Assembly: GCA_033442325.1 (NCBI GenBank)
Contig: JAWQFM010000014.1
Location: forward strand, 495,265-559,264
Direction of reading: 5' to 3'
Origin: Salpingoeca rosetta
Taxonomy: Eukaryota > Protista > Choanoflagellata
DNA: 64,000 bases
Numbering within the stretch: the stretch's first letter is position 1; each line of letters begins with the position of its first letter. Made by a program: the position numbers and the translations under genes. The notes beneath the pieces are model-generated. The model was not told the DNA's origin and searched no databases. It worked only from the letters and a program-made list of their open reading frames with translations. Of the stretch, positions 1 through 14,966 are shown in pieces.

Positions 1-284
1 CTTCATTACATAAAAAATAAAAATAAAGAATACTGTACTACCGCATCATGCGTACCGTTGCGCGTATTTCTATATGTCTCTCCTCGCTCTTAGGGAAGCT
101 CTAAGATATGGCACCTTACACAGCGATGAACTCTAACTATTTCTTCATGCTAGTCTTTAACAAAAGTGCAGGATAAATTCCCACCACCACAACCCAACCT
201 CCACATCTGCTGCCCCCGCCCCTAGAGTTATTGCACAATAGTAATATTTTTTCTTTGATTACAATATGTTTCATTTTCTGCTGT

Positions 285-383
<99 letters not shown>

Positions 384-625
384 TTTGTTTCTGTCGTTGT
401 TCCGCCTTTCTAGTTGATCCTTGGCGTGTTTGTTGACCGTGCTGTGTTTGTTGTGCTCGTTGACTCTCCTCCTTTCCTCGTTGCTTTTCCTGTCACTGCC
501 GTTGCTTTTGCCACACACCTATGCTCGCTTCTCTATTCACACAACCTCGTTCATCAACAACACACGCACAAGCAAGGGGCATCCCCCCAATAGACGACCT
601 GACCATCAACCGAGAACAAACAAAA

Positions 626-2242
<1,617 letters not shown>

Positions 2243-2418
2243 GTGTGCGGTTGTTGGATTTTGTGCAGAAGAGAATGAACGAGATACTTTGGTGCGTGTG
2301 GTGCTGACATGTGTTGTGTTGATTGCAGTGCTTTCAACCACTTCCACGGTGTGTTTCGTTTAATGATGATGGCGCGCCACAGGCAGCGAGCCAGTCGGTG
2401 AATGGGTCAGTGAGTGGG

Positions 2419-4086
2419 TCAGTCCCTCTCTCTTTGCCGTTTCTCCCCTCGCTTGGAGGACGACTTCTTCTTCTTCTTCTTCTTCCTTTTCTTCTCCTTC
2501 TGCTTGTGCTTCTTGCGACCATCGCGCCTGCTCGCCTCGTGTTCGGCCACCGCCACTTCCTCCTGCCTGCTCTCATGCCCCCTGTCTCCCCCTCTTCTCT
2601 TGCTCCTCATCCTCCTACTCCGTCCTTCCGACGCTTCCGTGCCATCATCATCACCGCTGACCCTGCTTCGACTTCGGCTTCGGCTGCGGCTTGTGCTGCT
2701 TCTCTTCTTCTTCCTACTCCTGCTCCTCGTCCGCCTGCCGCTTCTTCTTCTTCTTCTTCTTTCACGCTCCCTATGCTCGTCGCTCTCATCCCTGCTGCTG
2801 TCACTGCTGCTGTCACTGCTGCTGTCACTGCTGCTGTCGGAGCTCGAAGCGCTTGTGCTGTGCCGACGTCGATGCCTGCAGCGCGAGTGCGCAATGGGAC
2901 AAGAATGGATCAGCTATGCAGGAGTGTGTCGTGAGCATCAGCGGGAGGCACAGCCAGCAGCGCGCCAGGACGCATACCTGCGGGCGACGTGGCCGCGCCG
3001 GGCGATGGCGGCGGCAGTGCGAGACGGTTGCGCCCTGTCATCTGATCCTACTGCATACGGTGGGGAATGAGTGCAAGAGCAGAGACATGGGAAGGAAAGG
3101 TGAGGGGGAAAGCGGATGGCGTGAATGTACTTCCACTTTAGCTTGCACATGCATCCGCATACACACACGCACGCACGCACGCACGCACACACACACGCAC
3201 ACACGCACGCACACACGAACACACACATACGCACACACGCACACACGCACGCACATACGCACACACGCACACATATGCACACACATATACACACATACAC
3301 GCACGCACCTGCAGTGCGTGGGAATGCTTCTGGGTAGAGTTCTTTGAAGCCAGCATGGCCCCATCTGTATCATGACCCACTCCCCAGCTCAGGCACATGA
3401 GCAATCATGTCGTGCAGGCACACACAAAACACATATGCAGAGTCGGGTATTGCCACCTCACATGTAAACCAGTTTGTCTGACCGATTAGGCGCATCGTCT
3501 TCTGTGTCAAAGCGGCGTGAAACGTCTCGCTGAGTCCGTGGCGCGTCATCCATTCGAAGGCGACCGGTCGACCTGTGAAACCAACACAGGTGTGAGCACG
3601 TGCGTGTGTGTGAAGGTGTGTGTGCGGGTGGCATTGAGCATAACCCACCGACACACACACACACACGCACGCACGCACACGCACGCACACACGCATGCAT
3701 CCACTGGTGTTACCGTGCAGAGTGGGTGACTGTGTCGCGACCTCGCGGCTCTGTCCGCTGAGCCATAGATGCGCTCTTCGCAGCGTCTCGTCCCTGCTCC
3801 TTCTTCTGCCGTTCCCATTCCTCCCACATGACTTGCTCTTCCAGCATCTGCAAAGAAGCGCGGTGACACATGAGCGGCGCGAAAGATGACGCTCCGACAA
3901 CCCCCCCCCCCCCCCAACGGCAGCGACCGACATCACAAGCACACGCGCCTCGCACATGCAGACCTTGTTGTGCGTCTCCGTCTGCCGGACGAAGCCATTG
4001 AGGAGGTTGGTGTTGACGGTGCGGCGCACTCGCCGCCCTCGCACGCCTTCGCCAAGCAACCCGAGCTCAGCCGCGTAACGCGACAT
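2419..4086 (-). CDS. NKAPD1: NKAPD1/C11orf57-like nuclear protein with RS/K-rich C-terminus (multi-exon)
   Basis: Spliced product contains [14 protein letters not shown]|[12 protein letters not shown] and APNR|[14 protein letters not shown]. These match the animal C11orf57 motifs [22 protein letters not shown] and MPDRWGHSGYKELYPEEF (recalled). C-terminus has SSSD repeats and is RS/poly-K rich. Confidence 0.75.
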
Positions 4087-4331
4087 CACAAGATGTCAGT
4101 CAGATAATTCTATGAAAATGCCCGCTAATCTTCCACATCCTTGGCAAAACAAAATGCTTGCTTGTTGCTTGAAAGCACAAGGACAGCAGTTGTGTTGTTC
4201 CCTTCCTTCTGCAGTTCTTTCCTTTTCATCTCCACCTCCTCACCTCCTCCACTCACCTCGACCTACTTACTGCTCTACTGACCTCCTCAGACGCACTCCT
4301 ATTCTCCGTCTCTCCCACCCACCAGACGGCA

Positions 4332-7300
4332 ATGATGCGTGGTAGACGCTTGCCGACAACGGCAGGCGTTGCCGGCGCCTCACAATGGACAACCTTCCTT
4401 CTTTTGTTCCTGTTAGTGATGGTGGCCTCGGCGTCCTCCGCAAAACGGCAACAACAAGCGCACCAAAACGACTCCTTGCCCCACAGAGCGCACAGGGCGC
4501 AGCGTGGCAATGGTTTACATCCCACTGCTGAGCTGAGGGATCCTGCGTTTCATCGTCCACTTCCACGATCTATGACAACGCAACCAAGAACGCACAAACA
4601 GTCGCAGTCATGGATGTCCCAAACGCACGCACTGGACAATGCCTTTACCGCAGGCCTTGCATGTTCAGCAGAGAACGCTGCGCAGTGGATTCCCACTGGC
4701 TGTGCCAAAGACTTGTACATCTGCCACGACGCCCGAGTTGCCCTTGAGGTCGTCACGGAGGCAATTCTCTTGACCACAAGGAGCGAAGAGGAAACGCAGG
4801 AGGAGAATTCGCAGGAGGAGGTGGTTGCAGACCACAACGGCGACAAGCTCCCCATGCATGCGCACTTGCATGCGTTGCAGCGCGTCATCAACGCCCACTG
4901 CCAACAACAACAACACCAACAACACCAGCAGCAGCAAGGAGGGCAAGGAGAAGACACCGACGACAACAGCAGCGCCATCCACAAGGCTGTCGCACGAGCT
5001 GCTCTTCCGCTGCAACATGCCTCGCCTTTCCCTCTCCTTACCCAGCAGTATCAGCGTCAACAACAACAGCAGCGGCGGCGGAGAGACGTTGTGGCAGAAG
5101 CAGAGCCCCCCGCGGACTTTGTCTTTGACCGCTGCACCGCTTCAGCGATCATCAAAGGCAATTGCACGGTGCCCGCTTCTGAAGACACCATCGCTGGCGG
5201 CACGTTGACCATTGCATTTGATGCACCAAACGACGCCACAGCCCTGCTGGAGGAGATCGAACCCAGCTCGGAAGCTGCCACTGCCGCAGCTCAACTCTGC
5301 AACTCATTGCAGCCGCGTGCCTTGGTTATCGCGGGCACCGTGCACAACACCGATTTGGAATGGGTACTGAGCCACACACAGTGCACAACAGTCCAGCGTG
5401 TGAACGTCACAGGCCTGCTTGGGCTAGAATTCTTCTGCAATGCCTTCAACCCGCTGATGAGTATTCTAAAAATCGAGATCCGTGATAGCAAGACGATACG
5501 CCTCATGGAACGCGAGAACAATACGCAGCCGCATTTCGTGTTGGCACACCAGGTCACCCGCTTCACGCTGGAGGGCACGCGCGTGCGGACAGTGGACCCC
5601 AGCTTGTTGAACGCCATGCACAAGCTCGTGCACCTGCGTATTCGCAACAGCCAACTGACAGAGCTTTCGCCCGACATGTTCTTGAACCTGAGCTCTCTGC
5701 AAGTCCTCAATTTGAGACGCAACCTCATTTCATCAATTCGCGAGCGTGCTTTTGACTCATTGACGTCACTTCGCAGCTTGAGCCTTGGCCATAATGACCT
5801 CACCGCCTTGCCAGAGGCACTGTTCCGCCGAACAACCAACCTGAGGGTTCTCGTGCTCCAAATCAATCAGCTCAGCACGCTGCCACCACAACTACTGGCA
5901 TCTTTAACACGACTTGAGAGGTTGTTATGCAGCCACAATGTCCTGAGCTCCCTTCCAGCGAAGTTGTTCAAGGCAACCTCAGCATTGAAATTCTTGTTCT
6001 TGGATTGGAACAGACTGGCACGACTTCCAAGCGGCGTGTTCTCGCCTCTGACAAACCTTCGCGAGCTCAGAATCAGAAACAACGTGCTCACCGAGGTCAA
6101 TCAGGCATGGTTCGCGCCGCTGCATCCAGAACTGACGCGCCTTTGGCTGACCAACAACCTCATCACGCGTATCAGCGTACACGTTCGCCGCGTGTTTCCT
6201 GGATTGATGTCGCTTCATCTCCAACACAATCGCTTAAACTGCTTGGAAGCAGAGTAATTCCGGAATCTGACGCGCCTTCAAGCGTTGCATGTGAGCAACA
6301 ATAGACTGACATTCATCCCCAACACGGCTTTACAGAACATGCCTTCTCTGGAGCGCCTATCTCTCGGCAACAACAAGCTCACAGTGTTTCCCCGTCGATC
6401 GTTTCCGCGCCTCTTATCCCTGCGCCTGGACAACAATCCACTTGAGCAGGTTCCAGACGTGACGGGCCTCACTCAGTTGCAGGAGCTTCGCTTCAACAAT
6501 CACAAGATGACCAACATTGACATGACCGGCATCCTTCAGCTGCAAGAGTTGTGGTGGCTTGAGCTCACTGCCCACGCAAGCGTGAAAGATGCAACCCTGG
6601 ACATTGGTTCTCCGAGAGGCAGTGGTGGCGGCCGTGGGGCAGGGAGATCACAACTCAAATGGAGACGTGTAGATGCACGCAACATCAACTTGCAGCCCTT
6701 TTTTGGATTGGATCGGTCGACACGCCTTCAGCTGACAACCCTTTATCTCGGATGGCCGGGCATGAACAACCACGCTGTCCAGCTCAACACCCTGTGCAGC
6801 GTTCTTGCCCCTTCAGTTGAAAGTTTCGGGCTGGAGAACACGGCCTACACGCATATTGAGCTGTGCGAAGGACACACGTTTGACAACGTTTTCCTCACAC
6901 GCAACACTCACCTTCAGTCCGTGGCGCTCTACTCTCCGGTCCAAGTCCTCAATGTCTCTGGCTGCGCAAGCTTGGAAGACTTGCGTGCTCCCTCCATTCA
7001 AGTGTTCGATTTGAGCCACACGCGTCTTTCCAATACGCGTCAGCTCTGCCGAGACTGGGGTTCTCTGACGGTTGTGGCACGCAATTGGCAGCTGCCAGAG
7101 ATGGAAAGACTGGACAAAGCTCAGCGACTTTTGTTGCAGTGTCTCGCCTTCAGTGAGGTTGAATTGTTGGACCTGAGCCATAACCTGTGGATTTCACACT
7201 TAACGCGAATCAGCACGGCAATCTCCAGGGTTGTTGTCTCCAACACCCGCGCCGTCTACACGACAGATCAACGTGTGCGTATCCCAGCTCGTGAGAAGAT

Positions 7301-9205
7301 GCCTTCCCTGGCATTGATTGGCTCGCCTGTGACATGTCAGGTCAAGGCAGAGACAATTCGCACCTTGCACTTCCGCACTGTATCATACGAGCTGGGATTC
7401 GGCCTCGATTGTTTGTGCTCGAATGGATATGAACTGCGTGGCTCAGAGTGCAAGGAGCAAGGATCTGACCACCTCGCCGTTGCGTTGGGCACTGTTGCCG
7501 GTGTCTTGGCGCTGCAAGGCGTGCTGTTTGCGCTGTTCCGCTGGTATCGCCGGCACAAGCAGTTGCGCGCCGAGCACGCCCTCAACATGCAGCTGCTCTC
7601 CGAGAAGGACGCGGAGGTGCTGGCGCTCAAGGCAGTGTGGGACATTCCGTTTGAGGAGCTTGACCTGTACCGCGAGCTGGACAGTGGTGCGAGCGGCGAC
7701 GTGTGGGAGGGCGAGTGGGACTCGGTGCATGTGGCGGTGAAGGTGCTGAAGCTGGGCAACGTGTTCCTGGACGCTGCGACGCAGCAGGAGTTTGAGAAGG
7801 AGGTGGCGTTCTTGCAGCGCACGCGGCACCCGCACCTGGTTCGCTTCTTTGGCGCTGGCACAAACCCGGTGACTGGCGCGCCATTTCTGGTGCTGGAGTT
7901 TATGGCGCTCGGATCCTTGCGCCAGCTGCTGCAGCGCAACCTACGAAAGGTGTTGGCAGAGACCAACAGCACCAGCGCTTCCACAAGCGCAGAAACTGCT
8001 GCACCGACAAGTGAGGACTTGGATGACTACACAGTCGTGTCATCAACCAGGCACTCGGTGCAGCCTGGTCTCTTGACTGTGTGGGCGCTGAAAAAACGCC
8101 TCGCTGCGGACATTGCATCTGGCATGGCGTTTATCCACAGCCTCGGCAAACTCCACAGGTGACCTTGCGTGTTTTGTTGGGGGGGGGGGGTTTGGGGGTT
8201 GGTGAGTGTGTGATGCGTGTGTGTGCATGTGTGATCTGTGCGTGTGCGTGAGTGTTGTGTATGTGTGTGAGTGTGCGTGCGTGACATGTGCGTGCGTGCG
8301 TGTGTGTGTTATGTTATTTCCTGCTTGCGCCCTCCTTTCTTTTCCATATGCCTGCACTCAATGCACACATTCTGCACACAACGTAATGCACGCATGCACC
8401 CCATCATACACAGAGATCTGAAGAGCGGCAATGTGCTGGTGTCGGCGAACCTGCGGGCAAAGATCACGGACTTTGGAACCGTGACCCAGCGCCTGAGTTC
8501 ACAGCAGGTGCATTCTGCGGGGCCACACCGCAGCGGCGGAGGCGGCTGGTTTGGCCTTGGCTTTGGGCTCCCCGGCACCCACAATCACAGCAGCGACAGG
8601 AGAATGAGCAACAACAACAACGACAACGACGACGACGACGACATAGGCAGCAGCGGCAACGACAAAGACAGTAATGGCAGTTCAAGCGTGCTGGCTGGGG
8701 CTGGGTTATCGTCGTTGACCACACCAGCGTCGTCGTCACGTGGTGGCGATTCAGAGGCAGCGCAGGCTATGCTGCTTGCGGCGGCGGCTGATGGTGCTGC
8801 TGTGAATGACGATGTTGCGTACGACGAGGAGGTGGCTGGCATGACGATGAGCATGACCATGACAGCCGCTGTTGGCACGCCGCTGTACACTGCGCCAGAG
8901 GCGCTGACGGGGACAGCGTACGACACCAAGGCCGACGTGTTCAGCTTTGGGGTTGTGCTGTGGGAGATTGTGACGCAGCGGAAACCCGACTTGATCAAGC
9001 AAGAGTTTGGGGACGGGTTCTGCGGCCCGATGCTGTCCACCCTCGCATCCTTGCTTGCATCCGGCAAGCGGCTCCGCTTCCCTCCATCTTCAGGTGAGAA
9101 GGGAGGAGGGGATGATAAGAGACGGGGGTGAAGAGGAGTTTGGGGGTTGGAGGGGTGAGGAGGAGTTGTGGAAGTTGTGTGTGTGTGTGTGTGTGTGTTT
9201 GTATG

Positions 9206-9244
<39 letters not shown>

Positions 9245-9579
9245 TATGTGTGCTTGTGTGTGTGGTGTATGCTGTTTGTACTGCGCTGTGTTAGTATGCT
9301 CTTTGTTTTTCTTTTTTCAACACTCCCCTGCCAGCCTACCTGCCTACCAGCCCACCGTCCTGCACCCCAGTGCATGCACAGCACAGCACCTCTTGTCCCC
9401 AGCTCCTCATAATACCAGAACATCACAATGCCTACTGCTTTGGTTGTGCAGGCAATGAGGAAGCGGCGGAAGTGCTGTTGCGCAACCTGGCGCAAGAATG
9501 TATGGCACAGGAGGCCAGGGAGCGCCCCACCTTCCAGCAGCTGAAGGAAAAGCTGCTCGCAGCTCTACCCGGCTCTTAG
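4332..9579 (+). pseudogene. LRR-TM-protein kinase (TKL-type) receptor, copy 1, interrupted by one in-frame TAA at 6255-6257; exons 4332-8158, 8414-9093, 9452-9579
   Basis: Signal peptide (FLLLFLLVMVASASS), RRRR site, multiple 24-aa LRRs, EGF-like CLCSNGYELRGSEC, TM (VALGTVAGVLALQGVLFALF), VAVK, HR|DLKSGN, DFG, APE, DVFSFG. ORFs 4332-6257 and 6285-8162 are the same frame and the LRR register continues across the stop (LEAE*FRNLTRLQALHVSNN). The stop could be a sequencing error. Confidence 0.8.
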
Positions 9580-9994
9580 GCTGCGATGCTTGACATGACT
9601 GGGGCTACTGCAGCCCCCTTGTTCCTTGGAAGATTGGATCTTTTGCTTGTGGCGCCTTAGCGCCTTGTTGTGTTCTCTTCTTGAGTTGTCCGTGGTGCCT
9701 TAACTGTGACACAACCCACAAGTCGTGTTCCTTCAACATTGTTCTTGTGTTCTCCTGTTGTGCCACGAGTAGCACTGCGTTCTTGCGTTGCGGCGTTCAA
9801 CTGAAGTGAAGTGAAGCGAGGAAGCGCGCTCCCCTTTCTTTGCAGCCTCTTCGCAGCCTCTTTACGACCACGAGTGTCTGACCCTGAGTTTAGGGTCCGT
9901 TTCCTTCGCCCTCCTCCAAAACAAACCCCAAAACAGCACAGCAGCACAAAACCAGCAGCACTGCCTCCATTTCCTCTGCAACCAACCCCCGAAG

Positions 9995-10636
9995 ATGAAG
10001 CTGGCTGTTGTTGTTGCTGTCCTTGCCTGTGTGGCTGCGGCCAACGCCGTCCCCACCAAGACCCTCCGCTTTGCTCACGACATCCTTGGTCTCGAGAGCA
10101 TCGCCAATGACATCAACGCACGCAACGTCGGGTGAGTCGGGCATCAATCAAGCGCTGCAGCCCACCGTGTTTCCTGGTTTGCCATGCACGTCGCCCGTGT
10201 TCACTGGCAAATGAATGTCGGTGCGATTGATCCACATCTCACGTCGTGCCGTCGTGCCGTCATGTCGTGCCCACCACCACCACCACCACCACCACCACCA
10301 CCACCTTTGATGGTTCATGTTGCTTTAGCTGGAAGGCCGGCGTGAACGAGCGCTTTGTGAACGTGACCATGGACTACATTCGCAAGCAGATGGGTACCCG
10401 CCTGGAGGGCTCCCCTGTGACGCTGGATGTGAAGCACGTTGAGGTCCCCGCCGATCTTCCCACCTCGTTCGACTCCCGCACCCAGTGGGGCAGCATGTGC
10501 CCCAGCGTGAAGGAGGTCCGCGATCAGGCCAACTGCGGTAGCTGCTGGGCCTTTGGCGCCGTCGAGGCCATGACCGACCGCACGTGCATCGCCAGCAAGG
10601 GCGCCCAGACCCCCCACATCTCCGCCGAGGGTGCGT

Positions 10637-10681
<45 letters not shown>

Positions 10682-11489
10682 GTGGGCACACGGCCCTTTT
10701 CCTGTGCTTTGTCGCCTTCTGCTCTTGTATTCATGTGTGGCATTGGCGTCGTTCCATTGCCTGTATCTGTCTGTCTGTCTATCTCTCTGCCTGTCTCTCT
10801 CTCTTTCGCTCTCTCTCTGTCTCCCCTCCCCTCTCCCTCTCCCCTCACTCACTCACCCACCCACTCACTCACTCACTCACTCACTCACTCACTCACACGC
10901 AGATCTGCTGACGTGCTGCACCTTCACCTGCGGTGATGGCTGCAACGGTGGTTACCCTGCCGCTGCCTGGGAGTACTGGAAGAACCAGGGCATTGTCACC
11001 GGTGGCCAGTACGACTCCAACCAGGGCTGCCAGCCATACAGCCTTGCCAAGTGCGAGCACCACACGACCGGCCCGTACAAGCCCTGCGGCGACATTGTCC
11101 CCACCCCTGCCTGCAAGCGCTCCTGCCGCCAGGGCTACAACGTCACGTACCCGAACGACAAGCACTTTGGCGCCTCCTCGTACGGCGTGCGCGGCGTGGA
11201 CCAGATTGCCACGGAGATCATGACCAACGGCCCCGTTGAGGCCGCCTTCACCGTCTACAGCGACTTCCTCTCCTACAAGTCTGGCGTGTACCAGCACACC
11301 TCGGGCCAGCCCCTTGGTGGCCACGCCATCAAGATCATCGGCTGGGGTGTCCAGGACGGCACCGACTACTGGATCGTCGCCAACTCCTGGAACGATAGCT
11401 GGGGGAATGACGGGTTCTTTTGGATCAAGAAGGGCACGGACGAGTGCGGCATTGAGTCCCAGGTCGTCGCTGGCCTGCCCAAGGTCTAA
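9995..11489 (+). CDS. CTSB: Cathepsin B (papain family C1A), 3 exons
   Basis: Signal peptide MKLAVVVAVLACVAAANA; QANCGSCWAF catalytic Cys; GCNGG; occluding loop CEHH; GGHAIKIIGWG; YWIVANSW. GT-AG introns at ~10132-10328 and ~10631-10902. Confidence 0.96.
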
Positions 11490-11862
11490 ACCCATCTCTC
11501 CCTCCCGCACCACCCCCACCTTTTCATCGTGACTGTGACATCCCTCGCACACCAATTTGCTGTGTACCTGTGCTGTTTCGTGTTGCGCATGTGTGCACTT
11601 GTGGCCAATCGAATGCTGCTGCGTTTGTTTGCAGATGCCCCTGTTGTGTCACGCTTGCCCAGCATTGCTTGTTTGTTTGTTTCGTTGCTTCGTTTTGTCT
11701 CCACCACCTCGAGACGGATTACACACACCAAGCCGAGAGAAGATGACACTGCAGTCCGAACGAATGGTGTTCTGTGTGTATTGAGTCGTTAAGTTTGAAC
11801 GAGCAACAACGCAAGGGCCAGTCTAACATAACGGGAATATGTTGTTGTGTTTGGGGTAACAG

Positions 11863-11890
11863 CTACGATGATGGTTTCCTGTGAGTGAAA

Positions 11891-11949
<59 letters not shown>

Positions 11950-12204
11950 CGAGTGAGTCGACGACGTCGTTTGCATGACACTGCGGTCTTGTGAGCACCA
12001 TTAGAACTAGTCCCTAAGCTCTGTTAAAGGACCATCCAACTATACGACACCCCTAAACAGTCTACTCGTGAGGTTTCTCCCGGGCGGCTTTGATGCGAAC
12101 GAAATTTAGACTGTCACACCTCTTAGAGGATAATATGTTCAAAGTGGCGAGCCCACTATCCGCCGCCACACCCGTAAGCGGTTTCTAATTGACTGTCTAA
12201 AAGT

Positions 12205-12263
<59 letters not shown>

Positions 12264-12435
12264 CGAGTGAGTGACAGCGTTCAACAAAACAGCACACGCA
12301 CACACGACGCAGCAAGCGAGAGCAGCCACCACAGTGTTCGTACCTGTGCGGCAGCATTGGCTTTTTGATGTTGAACGCCTGACCAAGCAAGGAAGCGAGT
12401 GATGTGTGAGTGAAAGGAAAGAGAGCCGGGTTCTG

Positions 12436-12533
<98 letters not shown>

Positions 12534-13435
12534 CCCCACCTCGATGATTGCCTTCCACTCCTGGTGCGACATTGACATGACGTGCTGGATGCGTCCTTGT
12601 GGCCCCGCGTTCCCGCCGTGCCAGCCCTCATCTGCTCCATCGTCATCGTCATCATCGTTGCCGTTGCCGTTGTCCGCACCACCGCGGGCTGGCTTCATCG
12701 GCTTGCCTGTGTACATGTGTGCGTATGTGTACATGTGTGTGTGTGTGTGTGAGAGTGTGTGAGAGAGAGTGAGAGTGAGAGTGAGAGTGTGTGTACATGC
12801 GTGTGTGTGTCGTCACCTCTACTTCACCCTGCGGCTGTCCCTCTTCTGCTCATGCTGTGGACTCACGGATACAGGGCAGGCCAGCTTCGTCCAGAAACAG
12901 CTCCACGGCGCCGTCTTTTACCTGCAAGCAGGGATCACTCGGAGTACATGAGCGTACAAGCGAGTGCTTCATGTCGGTAGTGTTTCAACAACAGACACAA
13001 ACAAACAAACAAACAAACAAACAAACAAAACAAGCAAACAAACAAACAGCCCCCCCCCCCTGACCAGGAAGCTAAAGTGGAAGATGTTCTCGACCGTCTG
13101 CCCAAAGTCGCGCGGATTGACAAGAAACTCAAAGTAGCCGACGCGCGGGTACCGCTCCGGGTGCCGCCGCTTCGACGCAGCCAGCGCCTGCGCACACGCA
13201 CCGTACATGATAAGGTGAGTTGGCGTGTATGTATCTGTGTGTGCATGTGTCTGTGTGTGAGAAAGTAACAAGCACACACACACACATGCGTTCGCATACA
13301 AACACATTGCACACATGTACCTTGCCGAGGTACTTTGTGACCTCTTTTACGCGTGCTGCCGTCAAGTCTTGCTCGTTTTCAAGATCTGACAAGTTCTGTT
13401 CACAGGCGTTTGAACGAGGGTACCGCGTCAATGGA

Positions 13436-13517
<82 letters not shown>

Positions 13518-14928
13518 ACGTGCTTGTGTGTGGTGACAACCTGTTGAAGCATGTAACAGCAACGACAAAAGGGAAACTCCTCAGCCCACAACACTGCCTG
13601 TGTGCATATGCGAACCAACACCCCCTCCCCCACAAACACGGCACGTACAGAGGAAGGGACGACCGCCTTTGATTTGTCGAATGTGGTGCGCTGTGTGGGC
13701 TTGGCGACTTGGCGTTTCGACAGGTCCATGCTCAAGGGGCCGTACCTGGCATGGAGGTGTTGATGCAGGGATGGTTGAATGGAAGGAAGAAGAAGAGGGG
13801 GTAGGGGGGTTTTGAGTTGTTGAGCTGTTGTGTGCAGTGGTGGAAAGATACGTGCAGCTTGCCAAAACGCTGCACGTGCACGTGGTGGTGGTGGTGGTGG
13901 TGGTGGTGGTGATCATGATTGTGGAGGGAAGTTCCGCAGCACACACATACACACATGCATGCACACGCACACACGCACACACACACACCAACATACACAC
14001 ACATACATACAACACAACACACACCACGCACATCATGGAAACGAGGGGAAGTGGCTGTGCGATTGAGGAAGCAACTTGACCCACGACGGCCCAGTCCAGC
14101 TTGGCACGCTTCGCTGGCTGAGCACCACCCTATCAAACACCCGCACCACAAACACAGACGTGAGGAGGATGCAGCACATATCATAGGCACATAACATGGC
14201 GTACACCATGCGTACATTTACACTCACGTGCATGCTCGCACTCACACACACACACACAGGCATACACTCACACACACACATATACTCACACACACGCGCG
14301 CACATACACATGTACAAACCACCCCCTATGACTCCCACCAAATTAACACACTTTGAATGCGAGTTGTGTCACTTGCTCGGCAAAGGAAACCTTGTCCAGT
14401 GGCACGTAGGTTGTCTCCAGCGCTTGCGTCTGAGCGTCATGCACGTGCAGTGATGGTCATAGTGAGAATCAAGACCTCTCCCATCACAGCAGCAAACACC
14501 CATCCGCCTGCCCACATTCACATTCACACTCTCGCACACTCACACGCACACGCATACACGCACACGCACGCACAGACCTGCCGATTGACAATCTTTGACA
14601 GCTTCAGCAGCGCGTGTGTCTCGAGAAGGCCCTCCCTTGTGGTGCTTACTGCATATATTGCAATGCGCATCAGGCAAATCGCGTCACGACGCGGTGCACA
14701 ACCGCATCATCGCACAAAGCACACACACACACACACACATACACACACACAGTGATTGCTGACCGTTCTTGCGCTGAGCATCGAATCTGTTGAACACTTC
14801 TTGATAGTGAGGGTTTCCCGGCACGCTCAGATCCTCCTGTCGCTCTGCACCCAAAATCGAAACAGCGGTCTCGATGGTCAGTAAACACACACGTATGCAC
14901 ACACACATCACACATCACACATCACACA

Positions 14929-14966
<38 letters not shown>

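Noticed and set aside
1-287. AT-rich segment resembling a transposon end
   Set aside because: No terminal repeat or ORF found; resembles the atypical sequence next to microsatellites and gaps, probably low-quality sequence.
6240-6290. Frameshift between the two LRR ORFs
   Set aside because: Both ORFs are in the same frame; the break is a stop codon, not a frameshift.
7650-9093. Receptor tyrosine kinase assignment
   Set aside because: Catalytic loop HRDLKSGN and GTPLYTAPE are Ser/Thr/TKL-like, not HRDLAARN and PxxW.
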